A stretch of DNA of 32,273 bases from contig JAVVFP010000001.1 in the NCBI GenBank assembly GCA_032250495.1, forward strand, positions 1 through 32,273, given 5' to 3'. Below are positions 27,219-32,273 of this stretch, piece after piece; position 1 is the first letter of the stretch; the number at the start of each line of letters is the position of its first letter. The position numbers were made by a program, and so were the translations under genes. The notes under the pieces are model-generated. The model was not told where the DNA came from. It did not search any database and saw only the letters and a program-made list of their open reading frames with translations. The stretch is from Bacteroidota bacterium. GTDB taxonomy: Bacteria > Bacteroidota > Ignavibacteria > SZUA-365.

Positions 27219-27251
27219 AAAAAAGGCCCTGCAGACTGCAGGGCCTTTTTC
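27219..27251. terminator. bidirectional rho-independent terminator
   Basis: The perfect palindrome aaaaaggccctgcag-a-ctgcagggccttttt (centre at 27235) has an A-run on one side and a T-run on the other. It lies between the 3' end of the tRNA (+) and the 3' end of the convergent minus-strand gene that stops at 27295. Confidence 0.85.
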
Positions 27252-27294
27252 TTGCGGCGTACGCGTTTTCGGCGTTCGTGTCTTTTTATCTCCC

Positions 27295-28170
27295 TCACCG
27301 GGCCCAGCGCACGGAGATCGAACCCACGCCGGACTGAAGGTCGAGCAGGACCTTGCGACTGCTGCTTGAGAAGTTTTCCGTCGCATAGATATTGTCGCTG
27401 CGCCTGACAAAACGGTACATCGATTCAGAGCTCAGCAAGTGGTCACTGGTCATGGCCTTCGCCCCGACGCCTTCCGGTAATGTGATGACCATGGATCCCA
27501 CGCCGACGTCCGACGAGATGCGTGTGCGCGAGGGAAGGGCTCCCGTGCAATCCAGTTTGTAGCTTCCGAGTCCGCCTTCGAATTCAAGCTGCCGGAACCG
27601 CAGATTGCCCAGATGTCTCGTCTGTACGGAGCCGACGCCGGCAGAAATCGACACTTTGTCTATGATCTGCCGATTGGGCCTGTCGACGCTCATTCGCACG
27701 CTGCCCGCGCCCGCATCGAGTCGCAGTCCCTTCACATGCAGTCCGGTGAGATCCAGGGAGGCCCTGCCCGCCCCGAGCGTTACGTCGAACTCTATCGGTA
27801 CACGGTCGTTCATGTGCACATACCACGTGCGCGAGTCTCTGCCCTGCAGCAGGCATGCGAGCGCATTCATGTCTTCAGCGCCCTCCGTATTGATATCGAG
27901 CGTGAGATATCCTATGCCGTCCTCAACATGGTAATCCACCTGAATGTCGGAGGCCTTCGCGTTCTCCCCGTTTTTTTCCCTGATCTGCAACAGCGCGTTT
28001 CCTCGTCCGCGTTTGAGGTACAGCGTGCCAAAACCGCCATTGATCGTGGCGACGACTTCACGCGCACCGTCGAGTGAGACCGTACGTGTGAAAGCCTCCT
28101 GCGCACTGACCGGCAAGGTAAAGAGTGCAGCGAACAGGAAGGCTGTCGAATATTTCAAAAATCCGTTCAT
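27295..28170 (-). CDS. secreted protein with periodic G-x-G-S strands (toastrack / DUF4097-DUF2154-like putative adhesin fold)
   Basis: The signal peptide is MNGFLKYSTAFLFAALFTLPVSAQ. Seven spaced copies of a (hydrophobic)-x-(G/A)G-x-G-(S/T)-(hydrophobic)-x-(hydrophobic) strand motif are visible: INGGFGTLYL, LGAGRASLDL, LDAGAGSVRM, ISAGVGSVQT, FEGGLGSYKL, SDVGVGSMVI and LQSGVGSISV. The family assignment comes from pattern memory only. Confidence 0.5.
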   Translation of the reverse strand: MNGFLKYSTAFLFAALFTLPVSAQEAFTRTVSLDGAREVVATINGGFGTLYLKRGRGNALLQIREKNGENAKASDIQVDYHVEDGIGYLTLDINTEGAEDMNALACLLQGRDSRTWYVHMNDRVPIEFDVTLGAGRASLDLTGLHVKGLRLDAGAGSVRMSVDRPNRQIIDKVSISAGVGSVQTRHLGNLRFRQLEFEGGLGSYKLDCTGALPSRTRISSDVGVGSMVITLPEGVGAKAMTSDHLLSSESMYRFVRRSDNIYATENFSSSSRKVLLDLQSGVGSISVRWAR

Positions 28171-28294
28171 GCGTTCTCCTGGCGTTTCATGCTATGCATA
28201 CGGAAAAAATGCGATTGTGTTTCGTCGCCGGTTCTTGCTACATTGATTTGCAGAATGGCGTTTTGTAAGTTCCAATAATAACAAGTTCAGGAGC

Positions 28295-29119
28295 ATGTTA
28301 CCTCAACTGGAACTTGACACATCGGCCGTTGCGGAACTTCTTACGGGGTTTGTGCGCAACGAAATACGGCGAACCGGTCTTTCCCGGGCGGTCATCGGAT
28401 TGTCCGGGGGAGTGGATTCTGCCGTGTCCGCTTTCCTGACGGCGAATGCGCTGGGTCCGGAAAACCTCCTGTGCGTGATGATGCCATACAGGACGAGCAG
28501 TGCCGACAGTCTTTCGCACGCAGAGCTTGTTGTCGATCAGCTCGGCATACGAAGTGAAACGGTGGATATCACGACCATGGTGGATTCGCTGGTCACCACA
28601 GATCCGGACATGTCCAGATTGCGCCGGGGAAACATCATGGCGCGCGCACGTATGATCGTGCTCTACGACCGATCCTCCCGTGAAGCGGGACTGGTCGTTG
28701 GTACCGGAAATAAAACCGAGATGCTGCTTGGATACAGCACCTTGTTCGGTGATTCGGCCTGTGCGATCAATCCCCTCGGTGATCTGTACAAAACGCAGGT
28801 ATGGGCTCTCGCGAGGCAGCTCGGCGTTCCGGACGCCATCGTGGACAAGGACCCGAGCGCGGACCTGTGGACAGGGCAGACCGACGAGCAGGAACTCGGT
28901 TTTTCGTATCGCGAAGCGGACGAGATATTGTATTTCATGATTGACGAACGCATGGACGACGAACAGCTGCAGAAGAAGGGTTTCGATGCAGCGCTCGTGG
29001 AGAGTGTCCGCCGCATGGTGCGGCGCAACCAGTTCAAACGCCTGCCGCCCGTGATCGCGAAGGTGGGGTATCGCACGGTGAACGCCGATTTTCGTTACCC
29101 GCGGGACTGGGGAACGTAG
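28295..29119 (+). CDS. nadE: NH3-dependent NAD+ synthetase
   Basis: The PP-loop GLSGGVDSAV is present, together with the NadE core (..RRGNIMARARM..LY.......GLVVGTGNKTE.LLGY.T.FGD.ACAINP.GDLYKTQV..LAR.LG.P). The 274-aa length fits the family. Confidence 0.9.
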   Translation: MLPQLELDTSAVAELLTGFVRNEIRRTGLSRAVIGLSGGVDSAVSAFLTANALGPENLLCVMMPYRTSSADSLSHAELVVDQLGIRSETVDITTMVDSLVTTDPDMSRLRRGNIMARARMIVLYDRSSREAGLVVGTGNKTEMLLGYSTLFGDSACAINPLGDLYKTQVWALARQLGVPDAIVDKDPSADLWTGQTDEQELGFSYREADEILYFMIDERMDDEQLQKKGFDAALVESVRRMVRRNQFKRLPPVIAKVGYRTVNADFRYPRDWGT

Positions 29120-29173
29120 CAGCGGCAGTGATCGTGTGAGCGACGGACCTGGAGATTTGATTTACACACAACC

Positions 29174-31255
29174 GTGGACAAGGATATGTTCGAACGGAAA
29201 ATTGAAGAAACCATTGCCTTCCTTCTGAAGGAAACCATCGCTGATCAGGACAGCATTACTTCCCGGCAGATTTTCGCTTCCGAAATCCCAGAGGCGCTCA
29301 AGCGCATGTTCGAGCAGGACGTCGACATCTGGGTGGTGGAGGAGCGCGCGCGCATGACGCAGTCGCCGCATTTCCGCTATGAGGACAGCGACATCGTCGG
29401 CCTGTTCGAGCAGATCATTCTTCGCGTCCGCGAACACGCCGTTTTCAGCAGGAACGAGTACGTTGAGAGACTGGAGAAGAACGTCAAACTGCTGTTCAAC
29501 TATCTATGCCGTCCCCAGTGGACGTTGCAGAAATACCTGTTCGCGGATCGCGAACATGCCGCGACGGACGACATCGTCGATGGACTGCGGTATTTCTGGA
29601 ACTATGAGTATTACCGCATCATTCTCCAGGAATATTTCAACAAGAAAGATCTGACTGTCATGCAGGCGCGGAAGTTCGGTGAACTGCTCAATCATATCGA
29701 CAGCGAGGTGGTGCGCAATTTCGACAGCCGCAAGCTCGCGCACCTGGCCGAACCGATTTTCACCCTCTTCTCGATCGGTTCGGGATCGGAGGAGAAATTC
29801 GTGCCCGTTGAAGCGCTGTCGATATTTTTCGACGACAAGAATCTGCTCTCCATCGTCGAGCGCCTCGACCGGGAAAAGGAGCTGCGCGAACAGATAACAC
29901 TGCATGACCTGGTCATGGTCATCAGCGAAGTGGATTTCACGATGAGCTTCGATATCTCCGCCATTGTCAACGAGCACGTCCATCAGGCAGGTGTCATGAA
30001 ACCTGAGCGAAACGTTACCGCGGGCGAGGACTTCGAGGTGCCTGAAATTACGGCCCCCGAACACGAGGAAGAGGACAGGCGTGAGATCGGTCACGAGGAT
30101 GGCGATCTCGACTTTGTGATCACCGATGAGGAAGACGCCGTTGTCGAGCAGCATTACGACAGTATTCCGTCGATGGAAGACGATCTTCTCCTGGAAGAAG
30201 ACGCCGTGGATGAAGATGCGTTGGCGACAACCATCGAAGCGGAAGAGCAGTACGCGGCGGAAGATACCGCGGACACCGAAACAGACGATGCGCTGCGCAT
30301 CAGCGACGAGGAATACATCGAGGACGATGATTCGATGCAGGACGATTTCCCTTCCGATGCAGGTGCGTACGGAGAGACCCTTCTCGAGGATAACGAAGAA
30401 TTGCCCGACATGGATGATTACGACTCGACGGTTGAGACAATACTGGATATTGAGCAACAGCTCGAGGAGCAGGACACCATCCCCGACCTGTCCCTCGAGG
30501 GGGAGCAGGAGGATGAAAACGAGGATTACGCGCTGGTCGAAGAGGAGATGCACGACAGTTCCGGTGCGCAGTACGGGGGAAATGCGGGTCACGCCGGTGC
30601 AGGGTCATCTGTGCTCGACGATCTGCCTGATATTTCACTCGAGGAGGAGGAGGACTCGTCACCAGAGCCTGGTGAGGACAACGCAGAACTTGACATCGAC
30701 TGGGAAAAGGAGGCGGAGGACATCCCGGACATGGATCTCGAGGAGACGGCTGACGAAGGAAAAGCCTTGCCCGATGACAGTATTCCGGGGATCTCCCTGG
30801 AGAATGAGGATCAGCTTAAACCCGCGGAGGAATTGCTCGGAGAGCTTGATCTTGATCTCGACGATCTCGACGAAAAAGAGAGTCCGTCTCCGCGCAGGCA
30901 CAACGACATTCCCATCGTGGAAGAAGAAGTGCCTGAGGCGCGGAGCAGCGCCCGCACGGAAGAGCCCACCGACGACGATACCCCCTCGCGCCCCGTGCAG
31001 GAGGTCGTTGCAGAATTTGGTGATCTCAAGCAGCTTATTCCCGCGGGCGACAGAAAAAAATACGTCAAGAAGCTATTCCGGAAGGATGATGAAGCCTTCG
31101 ACCGCGCGATGAACGTGCTGAACGGAAAGGCGACATGGCGCGAGGCCTCCGAATACATTGACGAGCTATTCATCAAGCATGACGTAGACATGTATTCCCG
31201 TCTTGCGGTCAAATTCACCGATGACGTGTATAAGCGTTATCTCAACGAGAAGTAG
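29174..31255 (+). CDS. hypothetical protein: N-terminal globular domain, ~320-aa polyacidic linker with repeated [IL]P-x-hydrophobic-x-L/D-E motifs, basic/helical C-terminal domain
   Basis: A single long ORF has GC-rich third codon positions. The start is GTG 29174 or ATG 29186. The stop TAG at 31253-31255 lies 6 nt before the obg start. No family was recognised. Confidence 0.75.
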   Translation: MDKDMFERKIEETIAFLLKETIADQDSITSRQIFASEIPEALKRMFEQDVDIWVVEERARMTQSPHFRYEDSDIVGLFEQIILRVREHAVFSRNEYVERLEKNVKLLFNYLCRPQWTLQKYLFADREHAATDDIVDGLRYFWNYEYYRIILQEYFNKKDLTVMQARKFGELLNHIDSEVVRNFDSRKLAHLAEPIFTLFSIGSGSEEKFVPVEALSIFFDDKNLLSIVERLDREKELREQITLHDLVMVISEVDFTMSFDISAIVNEHVHQAGVMKPERNVTAGEDFEVPEITAPEHEEEDRREIGHEDGDLDFVITDEEDAVVEQHYDSIPSMEDDLLLEEDAVDEDALATTIEAEEQYAAEDTADTETDDALRISDEEYIEDDDSMQDDFPSDAGAYGETLLEDNEELPDMDDYDSTVETILDIEQQLEEQDTIPDLSLEGEQEDENEDYALVEEEMHDSSGAQYGGNAGHAGAGSSVLDDLPDISLEEEEDSSPEPGEDNAELDIDWEKEAEDIPDMDLEETADEGKALPDDSIPGISLENEDQLKPAEELLGELDLDLDDLDEKESPSPRRHNDIPIVEEEVPEARSSARTEEPTDDDTPSRPVQEVVAEFGDLKQLIPAGDRKKYVKKLFRKDDEAFDRAMNVLNGKATWREASEYIDELFIKHDVDMYSRLAVKFTDDVYKRYLNEK

Positions 31256-31261
31256 CATAAC

Positions 31262-32242
31262 GTGTTTGTAGATCAAGTAAGCATTTCGGTTCGCTCCGGA
31301 AAGGGTGGCGCGGGGTGCGTGAGCTTTCGGCGCGAAAAATACGTGCCCAAGGGCGGCCCGGACGGTGGAAACGGCGGCCGAGGCGGGGATGTGATTCTCG
31401 TGGCGAACGGCCAACTGCACACCCTGCTCGATCATCGCTACAAGCGCGAGTACGAGGCGCAGAGCGGCGCGCCCGGCGAACCCTCGCGGCGTAGCGGCAA
31501 GTCGGGTCGCGACCTGCGCATTGAACTTCCCGTCGGAACGGTTGTCCGTGATGAGCGCAGTGGTGCGTTGATCGCCGACCTCGTCGAGAACGGACAGGAA
31601 TTCGTCGTCCTCCGGGGTGGCATCGGGGGCAGGGGAAACGCCGAATTCGCCACGGCAACAAATCAGGCGCCACGCCGCTCCGAACCCGGAAGGGAGGGGG
31701 GAGAGGTGCAGCTGCAGCTCGAACTCAAACTCATAGCTGATGTCGGCCTGGTCGGTTTCCCGAATGCAGGGAAATCCACGCTGATCTCCGTCATCTCCGC
31801 CGCACAGCCGAAGATTGCGAACTATCCGTTCACTACGCTCGAACCGAATCTGGGTATCGTGCGCTACAGGGAATACGACAGTTTCACGGTGGCAGATCTC
31901 CCTGGACTGATAGAGGGCGCGCACGAGGGAAAGGGACTCGGCCATCAGTTTCTCCAGCACGTCGAAAGGACACGCGTGCTCGCGATGCTCATCGACTGCA
32001 TGTCGGAGGATTACCCGGCGGATATCGAGGTGCTGCGCAACGAGCTGTCCTCCTACAGCAACGAGTTGGCGGTGAAACCCTGGTTCATCGCGCTGTCCAA
32101 AACGGACACGGCGGATGAAGAAATACGCGAGCGCATGGACGAGCTGCCTTCACGTTACGATGTCCCCGTCGTGGCATTTTCTTCCGTCAGCCAGGAGGGA
32201 ATCAACGCACTCAAGGATTTGATGTGGCGCATGATCACCTGA
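31262..32242 (+). CDS. obg: GTPase Obg/CgtA
   Basis: The Obg-fold N-terminus is FVDQV.I.V.SG.GG.G.VSFRREKYVPKGGPDGG.GG.GGDV. The G domain carries G1 GFPNAGKST, G3 DLPGLIEGA and G4 LSKTD. The start codon is GTG. Confidence 0.95.
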   Translation: MFVDQVSISVRSGKGGAGCVSFRREKYVPKGGPDGGNGGRGGDVILVANGQLHTLLDHRYKREYEAQSGAPGEPSRRSGKSGRDLRIELPVGTVVRDERSGALIADLVENGQEFVVLRGGIGGRGNAEFATATNQAPRRSEPGREGGEVQLQLELKLIADVGLVGFPNAGKSTLISVISAAQPKIANYPFTTLEPNLGIVRYREYDSFTVADLPGLIEGAHEGKGLGHQFLQHVERTRVLAMLIDCMSEDYPADIEVLRNELSSYSNELAVKPWFIALSKTDTADEEIRERMDELPSRYDVPVVAFSSVSQEGINALKDLMWRMIT

Positions 32243-32273
32243 CACCGGCGAAATACCTGCGCGTCCTTTTCCT

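Overview
This is a high-GC bacterial chromosomal window centred on the replication origin, and I found no recognisable defence system, mobile element or CRISPR array. One large secreted protein ends in a type IX secretion (T9SS) sorting domain, which suggests, by inference only, an organism from the Fibrobacteres-Chlorobi-Bacteroidetes (FCB) group.

**Housekeeping genes.** The confidently recognised genes are fbp, a PpiD-like chaperone, argS, rsfS, dnaA, a glnD-like gene, murI, mutA/mutB, tRNA-Leu(CAA), nadE and obg. Interspersed with them is an unusually dense set of signal-peptide, outer-membrane and lipoprotein ORFs of unknown function.

**Origin.** Four perfect TTATCCACA DnaA boxes, several near-perfect ones and an AT-rich stretch flank dnaA. 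dnaN does not follow dnaA. This points to a split or downstream oriC.

**Candidates worth follow-up:**
1. A lipoprotein (4421-5422) with an extremely Tyr/Trp-rich half followed by an Arg/Ser-rich tail encoded by nested tandem repeats. It sits between two predicted outer-membrane barrels.
2. A 693-aa protein (29174-31255) six nt upstream of obg. Its roughly 320-aa polyacidic linker carries about seven copies of an [IL]-P-x-hydrophobic-x-L/D-E motif.
3. A 1230-aa T9SS cargo protein (23309-27001) with a Gly-rich block and four tandem Ig-like modules.
4. A glnD-murI overlap (TAATG).
5. An orphan RsbW-type kinase upstream of fbp.

All functional ideas about these hypothetical proteins are inference. 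The many long antisense ORFs are judged to be high-GC shadow ORFs.
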